Positions 19,941-29,261 of a DNA stretch of 64,000 bases are shown here, in pieces. The notes beneath the pieces were generated by a model, which was not told the origin of the DNA, did not search any database, and saw only the letters and a list, made by a program, of their open reading frames with translations. The position numbers and the translations under genes are program-made. Numbering within the stretch: the first letter of the stretch is position 1; every line of letters begins with the position of its first letter. Origin of the DNA: Cyanobacteria bacterium P01_A01_bin.123 (lineage in GTDB: Bacteria; Cyanobacteriota; Cyanobacteriia; Phormidesmidales; Phormidesmidaceae); NCBI GenBank assembly GCA_039815185.1, contig JBCBZT010000019.1:64859-128858 (forward strand), in the 5' to 3' direction.

Positions 19941-20285
19941 CTAAGCCTCTGAGTTCATCGGTAAGAGCGGACGGACTTCAACGACGCAGTGGCTCGCCGC
20001 CGGGCAGCGGGCGGCCCAATCGAGGGCGACATCCAAATCGGGAACATCAATAATAAAGAACCCGCCCAGTTGCTCTTTCGTGTCGGCGTAGGGGCCATCT
20101 TGAACCTGACGTTGTCCGTCTTTCAGGCGGATTGTGGTGCCGGTATGACTGGGATGCAGGGCTGCGCCACCCGCAATCACACCCGCTTCAGATAACGCTT
20201 GAGAGTAGGCGTTGTAGGCGGGCATATGGCGATCGCGGTTGGCAAAATCCGCTGCCGTTTCGTAAACCAAAATTGCGTACTTCAT
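19941..20285 (-). CDS. YciI/DGPF family protein
   Basis: VQDGPYADTKEQLGGFFII...A..WA.RCP...VEVRP. Confidence 0.92.
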   Translation of the reverse strand: MKYAILVYETAADFANRDRHMPAYNAYSQALSEAGVIAGGAALHPSHTGTTIRLKDGQRQVQDGPYADTKEQLGGFFIIDVPDLDVALDWAARCPAASHCVVEVRPLLPMNSEA

Positions 20286-20345
20286 TGGACTCTGTCCATC
20301 TTGGGTGGTTTAACGCACAAACTATTCTGTGCGTTCTACTGCTAT

Positions 20346-20372
20346 GACGAACGAGATGCCACCATTTCGACA
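20346..20372 (-). promoter_or_regulatory. Putative ECF42-type promoter of the YciI-GST-sigma operon
   Basis: Minus strand TGTCGA-N17-CGTC about 60 nt upstream of the YciI start; resembles the TGTCGA / CG(A/T)C motif described for ECF42. Confidence 0.65.
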
Positions 20373-20683
20373 GATGTACCCAAAAGACACCCGATGATTG
20401 TCAACGAAGCGGGCAGGGGTCAGCCATTAATCTGAGAAATTAGGCCAAAACGTCAGCAGTGACTAAGGCTACTTAGACACTACAGGTAGCCTTCCAATTT
20501 AGTGTCTATGTAATGTTGTCGAGATTAATAAAGGAGTTGTCTCTAAGAAAGCATGACTTTAAACTTCTGGACAACTTCGATTTTGGTTGATCATATATTT
20601 GCTTGAACGGGGTATATCAAAGAGAGGTAAGCCGCTGTAATCGTTAGTTTTATCACGTCCTACCGTCCAATATAGAGAAGCAG

Positions 20684-20998
20684 ATGGATACCTTAGTCAT
20701 TACAGAAGCCTTTATTACACCCTTCAAATTTTGGCACGATGGGCAAATCACCACCGGGATGTGCTTCCGCAATGAATTGTTTGGACAGGTAATAGTCGCT
20801 TCAGCCCAAGAGCGGGACGGGTTCTTTCAGCAACTCGACCGATTGAATCCAAATGCATCAGACGTGGTGATTACAGCTTCTAAGGAGCGCTATATTGCCT
20901 GGGTAAACTTGAAAACTCCCCTAGCAGTTCATCTGCTTGCTCAATCTGAGCCCCCAGTGACTGAACGCTCCCAGGCTTTGGCGCTGCAAGTTGTTTAG
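20684..20998 (+). CDS. Hypothetical protein (cyanobacterial)
   Basis: 104-aa ORF, purine-rich RBS; PFKFWH...GM...ELF and Y.AWV.L pattern. Confidence 0.65.
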   Translation: MDTLVITEAFITPFKFWHDGQITTGMCFRNELFGQVIVASAQERDGFFQQLDRLNPNASDVVITASKERYIAWVNLKTPLAVHLLAQSEPPVTERSQALALQVV

Positions 20999-21104
20999 CA
21001 GAGCCTTGACGGGACGCAAGATTCTGGCTGCCGCTCAAGGTTGCAAATGCAGATGGGGTTTATCAGGTTTCCAACTCAATCTTAGTTAGATGCCGAGCCG
21101 CTAT

Positions 21105-21377
21105 TCATGATCTATCGGTGGTTGAGCGGTCATTCCCTTCGTCATCAATCAGGTTTGTTTTAGAAAATTTCAGGCTTTTCCAAAGCTGTTTAATTTGGTC
21201 GTAGGCCTCTTCGCCAGAAAGTTTTCCGCCCGTTTCTAAATTGCAAATTAAAGAAACCCGCTGGGCAAATTCTTGCAGATTGGCATTGAACGCTAAATTA
21301 CCGGGTGTGAAATCCCCTCGATAGCGGCTCTTAGGATAAAGAAAGTCATCTTTGGAAGGGGACTGATCGTCTGACAT
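21105..21377 (-). CDS. Small conserved cyanobacterial protein
   Basis: FLYPKSRYRGDFTPGNLAFNANLQEFAQRVSLICNLETGGKLS...AY..IK.LW. Confidence 0.8.
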   Translation of the reverse strand: MSDDQSPSKDDFLYPKSRYRGDFTPGNLAFNANLQEFAQRVSLICNLETGGKLSGEEAYDQIKQLWKSLKFSKTNLIDDEGNDRSTTDRS

Positions 21378-21597
21378 AAGGCCTCATGGGTATCACGACT
21401 GCAACAACAAAGCTGAGCTAAGTTCATCCAATAAATTGCGATGGAAATACGGCGCAGATCTCAAATTCGATTTAAACCTTGGCCCACCCAGAGCTACAAT
21501 TTTTCCTGAGCTAAAACTCAAGTTGGCAAATTGCATGGGGTTTAGCTAAATCCTAGAGGATTATTGCTCGAAAGACGAGGGCGTTCCTCGGCCAGAA

Positions 21598-22083
21598 TTA
21601 AAGGCATTGCTGCGCGGCAGCGATCGCCTCAGTAGCCGTGTTCACCTGCGAGATTGGCTCAACAGTAAGCGTCTGAAAGCAATCGCCCAAACCGCGATCA
21701 ATCTGGAGCAAAATGACGGGGCGTTGGGCTTTCAGTGCCAGGGCAATCTCGGAGGCCGTACCTGCGCCAATGCCACAAGCAATCACAACCTGGCTTGATA
21801 GCACGTTAATGTTATTGCGGGCACTCCCCAAATCTGTGATTACGGCAATGTCTACGGCCTCTGCACAGTAACGAGCATCACTATCTGGCAAGATCCCCAC
21901 GGTTAGACCGCCAGCGGCTTTGGCGCCTTGGCTGGCAGCTGCCATGATCCCGACATTGCGTCCGCCGGTCAGCAGTCCCCATCCTTGCTGGGCGATTTGG
22001 TAGCCCAATTCATAGGCGGTTTGACAAAGTTCGGGGGTAGCGCTTTCCCCCGGCCCCATTACGCCAATCAGGGTTTTAGCCAT
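21598..22083 (-). CDS. TIGR00725 / LOG-like Rossmann-fold protein
   Basis: IGVMG, LLTGG..GIM.AA..GA..AGGLTVGILP, ARNNINV, GAGTASE. Confidence 0.85.
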   Translation of the reverse strand: MAKTLIGVMGPGESATPELCQTAYELGYQIAQQGWGLLTGGRNVGIMAAASQGAKAAGGLTVGILPDSDARYCAEAVDIAVITDLGSARNNINVLSSQVVIACGIGAGTASEIALALKAQRPVILLQIDRGLGDCFQTLTVEPISQVNTATEAIAAAQQCL

Positions 22084-22242
22084 GGTTGTCTCCTCCGCTA
22101 CAAAATTCGCTAAATGATAAAAAACTTGATTCTCCCCCCCATTCCGGGCTAGGTCGATTAAATTGTGTAAATGGCCTTGGGCACTTATGCCTGCTCAGGG
22201 GAATCAAAGTCATAGGTAACCGCAGCGATTATTTTTGAGCCT

Positions 22243-24276
22243 GTGCGATTTTCAGTGCAATTCAACCCGATTAACCTAGTCCAACGTCAGTCCTGGCGAT
22301 TTTTTCAGAGCAAGGCGAGCCAGCCTGACAGGCAAAACTCTCCAGAGCAGACAGCTTTAAGTTATTTCCAAACCCAGAATTGGCGTTTTGCTTGTGGAGA
22401 AAACGCCAGTTCTCAACCCGCACGAGGTTTAGAACAGCCCACTTTAAAGCAGTCAGTTGAACCCGGAAGACGGCTTTTTCCGGCCTTCAAGTGGGCATCT
22501 GCATTGATGTTGGGGGGCATTATTTGGTTGGGTATTTCACCGTCTGCTGCGGCGTTAGAACGGCTGCGCGTGCGGGTTGGCCCGATTACCCAAATTCTGG
22601 AACTCTCGGACTTGGAAACCTTTGCTCAGACTGGAGAGGTGCCATCCCGATTGCAAATCTACAGCACGCTCTTGACGCCAGAAATCCGGGCAATGCTACA
22701 AAATCGGCTGGCCTTAGATCCAGCTGTGGGCGATCGCATTATTGATGACATCCTTGATTCTCCCAACGGTGAGTTGCTGCTGGATACGCTGGCGAGCATT
22801 ACGCCTGATGTGTCGATGGAGCAATTGCGGCAAGCGGTACAAGATGCCGCACAAAATGAAACCGGGTTTAATGTATTGGCGCTGCTGCGCGCAATTCCGG
22901 AAGACACTGTAGAGATAGATCTCAGCGCTGCGATCGCGCTGATTTCCCAACTCAACTTATCGCGCTTTGAAAGCCAAGCCCTAAGCCGGGTACTCGAAGC
23001 CGAACTAGAACCCGCTGCTGCTGAGACATTCACCGCCCCCTTTGACCCTACTCAACCGGGGACAGAGACGGTCAACCTGTGGGAAATCCAGATGCGCGAC
23101 TTCGATCGCGATCGCACTATCCCCGTCGATGTCTACTGGAGCGACAATACCCGAGGGCCATTGGTGATGATCTCCCATGGGTTTGGAGCCGATCGCCGAT
23201 TCTTGGCCTACCTGGCCCAGCATATTGCATCCCATGGGTTTACCGTAGTGGCCCTAGAGCATCCAGGGAGCAATGTAGAAGCGCTGGTAGGAACCCCCCT
23301 TGACCCCAGAGCCAGCCAAGAACCCAGCCGCATTCTGCCCGCCACAGAGTTTCTCGATCGCCCCCGAGATGCAACCTTTGTGCTGGACGAGTTAGCACGG
23401 CTCAACCAGCATTCGCTTTCCCTGCGGGGCAAGCTTAATACCGAGAATGTTAGCTTTATGGGCCATTCTCTGGGCGGCTATACCGGATTAGCCCTGGCAG
23501 GAGCGCAGCTAGATTTGAGCCAATTGCAGACATTTTGTGCCAATTTGGTGCCTGTGGGGCTTTCCCCAGCGGATTGGTTGCAGTGTGCCGCTGTCGAATT
23601 GCCGCAGACCGTGACTGATCTCAGCGATCGGCGTATCCAACAAGTGGTCGCGATGAATCCGCTGACGGGGGCACTGTTTGGCCCAGCTGGGTTGAGTGCC
23701 GTCACCATACCGACCCTGATTTTGACCAGCACCAACGACAGCGTAACACCTATTGTTGATCAGCAACTCAGACCGTTTGATCAGTTGACTGGGCAAAAAT
23801 ATCTGGTGGCTGTTATCGGCGGCACTCATCTCAGCGTGGGAGACCCCAACAACCTGAATCCAGCGCTGAGCCAAGTGCCGTTTATGCCAGAGCTGCGGGG
23901 TGAAGAAACCGCTAGCTTGCGACGGTACCTCCAGGGCACTCTACTTAGCTTTGTGCAGCAACAAACCGATAAGGCTGAAGCCTACAGCACGTTTTTGACG
24001 CCAGGGTATGCCCAGCACCTTTCCACAGAGCTTCTACCCATTCGGTTAACGACTGAGGTACCTAGCAGCATGACTGATTGGCTTCAGGTGAGCCGTAGCG
24101 GTGCAAACGAACCCCGCTCATCTTTTGGGACACTGGCCTCGACACTACATCTCGGCTCTATCAATGTGCGGCATCGCGTTGGTCGCCTGCAACGCTACGC
24201 GTTGGCCTATTTGCGGTTAAATACATCATCGCTAATTGTCTTTCACGTGCCGATGCGATTTCCTCGACAGGGGTGA
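22243..24276 (+). CDS. Alpha/beta hydrolase with N-terminal DUF1400-like domain
   Basis: ISHGFG, HPGS, DRPRD, GHSLGG nucleophile elbow, GGTH; start uncertain. Confidence 0.85.
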   Translation: MRFSVQFNPINLVQRQSWRFFQSKASQPDRQNSPEQTALSYFQTQNWRFACGENASSQPARGLEQPTLKQSVEPGRRLFPAFKWASALMLGGIIWLGISPSAAALERLRVRVGPITQILELSDLETFAQTGEVPSRLQIYSTLLTPEIRAMLQNRLALDPAVGDRIIDDILDSPNGELLLDTLASITPDVSMEQLRQAVQDAAQNETGFNVLALLRAIPEDTVEIDLSAAIALISQLNLSRFESQALSRVLEAELEPAAAETFTAPFDPTQPGTETVNLWEIQMRDFDRDRTIPVDVYWSDNTRGPLVMISHGFGADRRFLAYLAQHIASHGFTVVALEHPGSNVEALVGTPLDPRASQEPSRILPATEFLDRPRDATFVLDELARLNQHSLSLRGKLNTENVSFMGHSLGGYTGLALAGAQLDLSQLQTFCANLVPVGLSPADWLQCAAVELPQTVTDLSDRRIQQVVAMNPLTGALFGPAGLSAVTIPTLILTSTNDSVTPIVDQQLRPFDQLTGQKYLVAVIGGTHLSVGDPNNLNPALSQVPFMPELRGEETASLRRYLQGTLLSFVQQQTDKAEAYSTFLTPGYAQHLSTELLPIRLTTEVPSSMTDWLQVSRSGANEPRSSFGTLASTLHLGSINVRHRVGRLQRYALAYLRLNTSSLIVFHVPMRFPRQG

Positions 24277-24393
24277 TAGGCACTTGAGTTGCGTCAGTGT
24301 TCTACCTTTGAGACTGCCGCAGCAGTATCCATGCGGCAAAAATAGTTGTGCCCCAAGATCGATTGATCTGCCCTGATGCTAAAGAGCCCCTGC

Positions 24394-24690
24394 TTAAATC
24401 AAAGCAGATATATCTTCACCGCAGGTATCTGCCAAGTAGCAAAGGGCTCTAAACCTCAGACCAACAAACTCTTCGTAGAGCGGATTGAGCTTGCACAACG
24501 GGGGAATATGGGCAACTTTACGACCGAGGATTCGAATGTCTCGCTCGAATGGGCATTGACCAGGAATCAGGCTTGCAAACAATCGAGCCGACTTGGCACT
24601 GTGGATTGAGATGTGATCGATGCGGTGTCGGAGATATTTGAGAAGGCTGTTTGTGTTTCGTTGTGGTGCTTCCAGGGAATAGCTCATCAT
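24394..24690 (-). CDS. Mo-dependent nitrogenase C-terminal-like domain protein (small, cyanobacterial)
   Basis: IPGQCPFERDI...HIPPLCKLNPLYEEFVGLRFRALCYLADTCGEDIS. Confidence 0.85.
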   Translation of the reverse strand: MMSYSLEAPQRNTNSLLKYLRHRIDHISIHSAKSARLFASLIPGQCPFERDIRILGRKVAHIPPLCKLNPLYEEFVGLRFRALCYLADTCGEDISALI

Positions 24691-24938
24691 ACATACCTCA
24701 GGCGATTTACAAGCCGGTTAGTCAATTCCTCTTGAGTTTTGGCTAATCAACACAGCTAGGCTTGTGAGTGCTGCGTTAATTAAGGAAACAGCTTGCCCCT
24801 ATGGTTTCCCAGGTTTTATCTGGTGTGCTTCGTCAAGTCAATAATTGATTGTGATCACTGGGTGGTTGTGATTTGATGTCCCCACTATCGCGAAAATATC
24901 CAGCAGAAAACATCCCGAAAAATTGAGTTTTGTTCAGG

Positions 24939-25043
24939 TATAGCGGTAGCCACAAAGCTTTGTGCGCTACCGCGAGCCAGATTGCTTGTGGACTAAGCAT
25001 CTTGGCGATACTCGGTGCATTAAGCAATCTGGCCAGCGCTATA
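24939..25043 (+). mobile_element. 105-bp double-hairpin dispersed repeat, copy 3
   Basis: TATAGCG...CGCTATA ends; internal GCGGTAGCCACAAAGCTTTGTGCGCTACCGC and GCCAGATTGCTT...AAGCAATCTGGC hairpins. Confidence 0.9.
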
Positions 25044-25327
25044 TTTATTCAGGTTTATTCAGGGCTTGGCAAGAAGGTGCTGCAAACGTTAGTTCAACAC
25101 CCTGCGATTGCCATTCGGATTGCCGCGATTGAGGGCTGGGAGCAGAGGAAATGAGGGATTAGGATTCACCCACCTACCCTAGAGCGAAACGCTCGGACAG
25201 CCTGAGGAGCCTGATTTTCGATAGCTGCACACTCGGCTAGGGCAGAAAGAGGGGCTGCATCCTACTTTTAGGGGCAGGGAAACAACGCGGTATTGAATCA
25301 GAGTAATCGCACTATGGCAGTTACCAA

Positions 25328-25516
25328 TCAAGGCCGGTTAGTTTTGAGTTCAAAGCTGTGCCGCGTGGATCGCTGAACTTCTTGATATTTGGCAGTGCCA
25401 TCCATAGTAGAGTAGCGCACACCACAAAGTACCCATAACGCAATAACCCAGAGGGACAGCAGCATAACACTATTGCAAATAATGCGTTTTTGGCAGAAGG
25501 TATGGTGGCTAAGCAT
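25328..25516 (-). CDS. Putative small single-TM protein
   Basis: 62-aa ORF with one hydrophobic segment and GAGG upstream; shares a duplicated upstream block with the 24394..24690 gene. Confidence 0.45.
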   Translation of the reverse strand: MLSHHTFCQKRIICNSVMLLSLWVIALWVLCGVRYSTMDGTAKYQEVQRSTRHSFELKTNRP

Positions 25517-25907
25517 GACAGAACCTCAGGGTAAGGGGGAGAGAGTTACGTCAACATAAGAGCTTGGCAATGGGGAGTGTTCAGCATTTTGTGTCGAACG
25601 TCACTAAGAGACTTAGGGGATACCATTAATGTCTACATTCGAGATGGCAATGGTTTCACAACTTGTGAGCAAAAGTTATTGGTTGCGATACCTCCATCAT
25701 CGCGACAATTCCCAACAAAAAACATCCTGAAAAGTTAAGGTTTATTCAGGTTTATTCACAGCTACCAGCTTTGACTAGATTGGAGCCACAACAGCCGCTT
25801 TGAGCTGACGACACGACATGCGGCTTCTTCCTCTGAGGGCTACCAGGGGTCACTTGATGCCGTTGAGTAGTTGCCGCGCGGACAGCTATCTCATCACTGT
25901 TACGGGC

Positions 25908-26540
25908 TCAAGATTCTTCTACTGCAAACGAAGATTGGAGTGATATGGATCCTTCACGGTGCAGTATTAAAAACCGATCAACTAAAGCCTTAGCAGTCTG
26001 TAACCGCGTCGGAGACTCAGCTTGTGCGATCCAAACGGCAAGATGCTCTAAGGCACCATTCATCATCATTGCAAACCCTTCAACATCTGAGATTGTTAAT
26101 TCTCCTGCATCAACCACAGCCTGGATGGCACTCAGAAGCGAACCATAACCGTACTGGCGATCAAATGTGGCTAGGGTCTCTGCATCTAATACCGCTGGCG
26201 CTTCGATCAGCACGAGTCGCCGAATGTCTTCACGTTGAACAATATCTAAAAAAGCATGGCTCCCTTGGACTAACTGATCCCAAGGCGTTTCATATTTTTG
26301 GGCTTGGGTTTCAATATGCTGAGCGATTTCAATAAAGGTTTCTTCGATCACGACCCGAAAAACACCCTGTTTATCTCCAAATTGGTGATACAGCGCGCCG
26401 CGTGTAATTCCTAAATCCGCAATCATTGACTCAGTTCCAGTGGCGGCATAGCCCTGAGTAGCAAAGCATCGTCGAGCCTGGTTGAGAATCGCCCGACGGG
26501 TCCGGGTCGTTTGTTCTGCCTTGGTAATTTTTCCCATCAC
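25908..26540 (-). CDS. TetR/AcrR family transcriptional regulator
   Basis: N-terminal HTH: CFATQGYAAT...LGITRGALYHQFGDKQGVF. Confidence 0.93.
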   Translation of the reverse strand: MMGKITKAEQTTRTRRAILNQARRCFATQGYAATGTESMIADLGITRGALYHQFGDKQGVFRVVIEETFIEIAQHIETQAQKYETPWDQLVQGSHAFLDIVQREDIRRLVLIEAPAVLDAETLATFDRQYGYGSLLSAIQAVVDAGELTISDVEGFAMMMNGALEHLAVWIAQAESPTRLQTAKALVDRFLILHREGSISLQSSFAVEES

Positions 26541-26589
26541 TTGACATACAGACTGTATGAATCTATCTTAAATACATACAGATTGTATC
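26541..26589 (+). promoter_or_regulatory. Sigma70-type promoter overlapped by two palindromic TetR-like operators
   Basis: TTGACA (26541-46)-N17-TATCTT (26564-69); palindromes CATACAGACTGTATG (26545-59) and CATACAGATTGTATC (26575-89). Confidence 0.8.
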
Positions 26590-26623
26590 TTTTTTGAGTT
26601 CAGCTCAGCAATTGGAGGCTTTT

Positions 26624-27367
26624 ATGGCAAAGCAGACTGTAAATGAAGAAACTGCACCCCATCTGCAAGCATCAAAACCCTTTGGAAATCACAGCAAGCA
26701 TCCAAGTCAGGTAAACCTGCGCACCCGAAAGGCGACAATTGCGGACATTCCCTTTCTGGCAACAATTGAGTATGAAGCTTCCTTGCCGCCGTTGAATCAC
26801 TGCTTTTTGGATGATATTTTGCCAGGAACCAACACTGACACGCTACAGTTCATTGAAGCAATGCTCAGGGCTGATGCTTCAAACTGGGGCAATGTAGATG
26901 ATTTCTTAGTTCTAGAAGAAGCGGGTCAACCTGTCGCTGCCGCGACTGGGTTTACGCCAAGTCTGGGCGATTATCGTCCACTGCGGTTATCCCGGCTTGC
27001 GACCATTGCTCAACTGTTGGGATGGTCAAATGAAACCGCTAATGCGTTTCGCGATCGCTATGAGGTCGCCTTTGGCTGCGATCGCCACCCGGCTTTCTTT
27101 AAGCCCCAAGCACCGTGGATTATTGAAACAGTGGCCGTGGTGCCAGAGGCACGGGGACGCGGACTCAGCAAAGTTTTGCTGGGGGCATTGCTTGATAAAG
27201 GGCGATCGCAGCAGCATTCCCATGCTGGCATCATGGTGATCAATGGCAATGATGTCGCCCAACACACCTACGAATCGATTGGCTTTAAGCCCTATCAATC
27301 GTTCTTTGCCGAGTATTTCGATAATCAATTTCCAGGTATTACTAAGCTTCGACTTCGCCTCAACTAA
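26624..27367 (+). CDS. GNAT family N-acetyltransferase
   Basis: GGAGG RBS before ATG 26624; VAVVPEARGRGLS...N..A...YESIGF. Confidence 0.88.
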   Translation: MAKQTVNEETAPHLQASKPFGNHSKHPSQVNLRTRKATIADIPFLATIEYEASLPPLNHCFLDDILPGTNTDTLQFIEAMLRADASNWGNVDDFLVLEEAGQPVAAATGFTPSLGDYRPLRLSRLATIAQLLGWSNETANAFRDRYEVAFGCDRHPAFFKPQAPWIIETVAVVPEARGRGLSKVLLGALLDKGRSQQHSHAGIMVINGNDVAQHTYESIGFKPYQSFFAEYFDNQFPGITKLRLRLN

Positions 27368-27410
27368 GCAACAGAATTTTTTCAACTATTCTTCAACAAG
27401 GAACAAAGCT

Positions 27411-27812
27411 ATGAATGCGGTACATCCAAACTTGTCTCTTCTAGAGCGCCTTTTAGACCTGATTCCTAATGACTTAGCCAATGCTAAAACCCTACTGACA
27501 GATGATTTCATCTGGCACTATTTCAACCCCGAGCTTCCAGATTTAGCAGGTGATTATCCCGGTGTCGATGGTCTTCAAACCTTCTTTCAAAAGCTGGGAG
27601 CATTAACCAGCAATACCTTCAGAGTCAAGGTCAACCAAGCCATTCCCATCGGGGATGAATTAGTCGTTGTGCATGCCCACCCCATGATGGCGCTTGAAGG
27701 CCAATCGTTTGAAACAGATGCGGTGGTCATTTGGCGGGTAGTTGACAATCGAATTATGGAGGCATGGGATATTCCAGCTATCTACACCATGCACCCGCAG
27801 ACTCAAGCCTGA
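27411..27812 (+). CDS. SnoaL-like / NTF2-fold protein
   Basis: LLTDDFIWH...AGDYPG...GDELVVVH...VIWRVVDNRIMEAWD; ATG at 27411. Confidence 0.8.
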   Translation: MNAVHPNLSLLERLLDLIPNDLANAKTLLTDDFIWHYFNPELPDLAGDYPGVDGLQTFFQKLGALTSNTFRVKVNQAIPIGDELVVVHAHPMMALEGQSFETDAVVIWRVVDNRIMEAWDIPAIYTMHPQTQA

Positions 27813-28112
27813 ATCTCAGGTGGCATAATGCTTCATGAGGTTCTAAATACACCCAATCGGGCAACATTCCTCAAATCATCAATTGAATGGCTGGCAGGCC
27901 CATCTGCTCCCTTTCCCCTAGGGCCTTATATCAGTGCTCAGCAGCCAGATAGTCAGAACCTCTCCTGTGGAATTACATTAAAGCGCCGACGGTCCTCCTC
28001 CAAGGGATTGATGCCCGATAGCAGATCTGTGTTCATATAGCTGCCATGCTCTTCCTATAGATTGCTGGATTTCGTGAGTTCAACCCAGCCCACGGCGAGC
28101 GTGCCGCTCGCA

Positions 28113-28652
28113 CTACGCTCCAATGCGTAGCGTCATGATTGTTGATGGCAACGGATCAGTCCCTACTTCTAAAATTGGCCCAGGAGCAATTGCCTCAAAA
28201 TTAAGCTTTTTATAGAATTTCTGGGCACGATAGTTGGAGTCAGAAACGCATAGCCATATCCATCTGCGACCTACCTGCCGGGCAACCTCAGATGCATGTT
28301 CAAAAAGCATCTTGCCAAGGCCAGTGCCATACTCGCTCGATAGAATGTATATCTGTTTCAACTCAGATGAATCTCCATCCAGTTGTATTGGACACTGCTG
28401 ATGTTTAAGGATGTAGTAACCCACAGGTTCGTCTTCGCGATAGGCGATAATGCAATCAAACTGGTTACTCGATAAAACAGTCGCCGCTTCATCTACTGAG
28501 TAGTTCTTGGTGCAATACGCGCGGATATTTTCTGGGCTATGTATGTCGCAATACGCTTGCGTGAATGTCTCTATCCACAGATGAACAAGCTCGCCTACTG
28601 AAGCTAAGCCAACTGCTTTAAATGCATACATAAAGGGGCTTCTCTCATACAT
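28113..28652 (-). CDS. GNAT N-acetyltransferase (PaiA-like)
   Basis: ETFTQAY...ELKQIYI...YGTGLGKML...IWLCV...N.RA.KFY.K..F. Confidence 0.88.
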   Translation of the reverse strand: MYERSPFMYAFKAVGLASVGELVHLWIETFTQAYCDIHSPENIRAYCTKNYSVDEAATVLSSNQFDCIIAYREDEPVGYYILKHQQCPIQLDGDSSELKQIYILSSEYGTGLGKMLFEHASEVARQVGRRWIWLCVSDSNYRAQKFYKKLNFEAIAPGPILEVGTDPLPSTIMTLRIGA

Positions 28653-28961
28653 AAAGGGGCTCCTTTAAATTAGCTCTGCTTCCGTCTACAGGTTTTGTGC
28701 CTTCACTCAGCCTATGGCGAGAAAATCGATCTCACTGATTAGCTTGAGCTACTAATTGTCTGTTGCACAGGAATTTGAATCGCAAATTCTGTTCCCTAAT
28801 TAAGGCTAGAGAAATACGCCAACTTACCCTGATGTCTTTCGGTCACAATTTTGATAGCTGATAGACATTCCCATGTCGGTTCCTTGCCCAACTGGTTTAG
28901 TTGTGAAAAGGGGTTTGTTGACCTGCCTATAGAAGGGTTAGGCAAAGCCTTGAAAACAGCG

Positions 28962-28985
28962 AAACCCTCTCACTGAGAGGGTTTT
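28962..28985 (-). terminator. Probable terminator of the tRNA operon
   Basis: AAACCCTCTCA-c-TGAGAGGGTTT inverted repeat immediately after the tRNA-Thr 3' end. Confidence 0.65.
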
Positions 28986-28992
28986 AACCAAG

Positions 28993-29064
28993 AGCCCATG
29001 ACGAGGATTGAACTCGTGACCTCACCCTTACCAAGGGTGTGCTCTACCACTGAGCCACATGGGC
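28993..29064 (-). tRNA. tRNA-Thr(GGT)
   Basis: GCCCATGTGGCTCAGTGGTAGAGCACACCCTT-GGT-AAGGGTGAGGTCACGAGTTCAATCCTCGTCATGGGCT cloverleaf. Confidence 0.97.
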
Positions 29065-29070
29065 AAAACG

Positions 29071-29155
29071 TGGTGGGCCGAGCTGGATTCGAACCAGCGT
29101 AGGCATAGCCAGCGGATTTACAGTCCGCCCCCATTAACCACTCGGGCACCGACCC
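29071..29155 (-). tRNA. tRNA-Tyr(GTA), CCA encoded
   Basis: GGGTCGGTGCCCGAGTGGTTAATGGGGGCGGACT-GTA-AATCCGC...GGTTCGAATCCAGCTCGGCCCACCA with long variable arm. Confidence 0.97.
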
Positions 29156-29261
29156 GCCCATCCACGGATATTGATGTTAGCACAAAATTGCTTCCAACTT
29201 AAGGACTTTATCCCCAAGACTTCGGCAATTTTTACGCTCGTCTGAACGATGTTCAATTCAT

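Noticed and set aside
24394..24690. Evidence for nitrogen fixation
   Set aside because: This small domain is widespread in cyanobacteria regardless of nif genes, and no nif genes are in the window
24833..25154. Short ORFs crossing the repeat copies (also 17791..17997 and 61029..61406)
   Set aside because: They read through the palindromic element and have no protein-like features
25735..25758. Direct repeats as a cyanobacterial Pho box
   Set aside because: Period is 10 bp rather than the 11 bp of SphR boxes, and only one unit matches PyTTAAPyPy
27828..28040. 70-aa ORF after the SnoaL-like gene
   Set aside because: No recognisable motif or clear RBS; not supportable
28060..28112. Possible integron attC site after the GNAT gene
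   Set aside because: No RYYYAAC...GTTRRRY core pair; only a short hairpin and a REP-like remnant
25800..28990. Possible tRNA-anchored integrative island
   Set aside because: No integrase and no convincing att duplication; AGCCCACGGCGAG near 28087 is only an 11/13 match to the tRNA end and overlaps a REP-like remnant
28970..29161. 63-aa ORF in the track
   Set aside because: Overlaps tRNA-Tyr and tRNA-Thr; spurious
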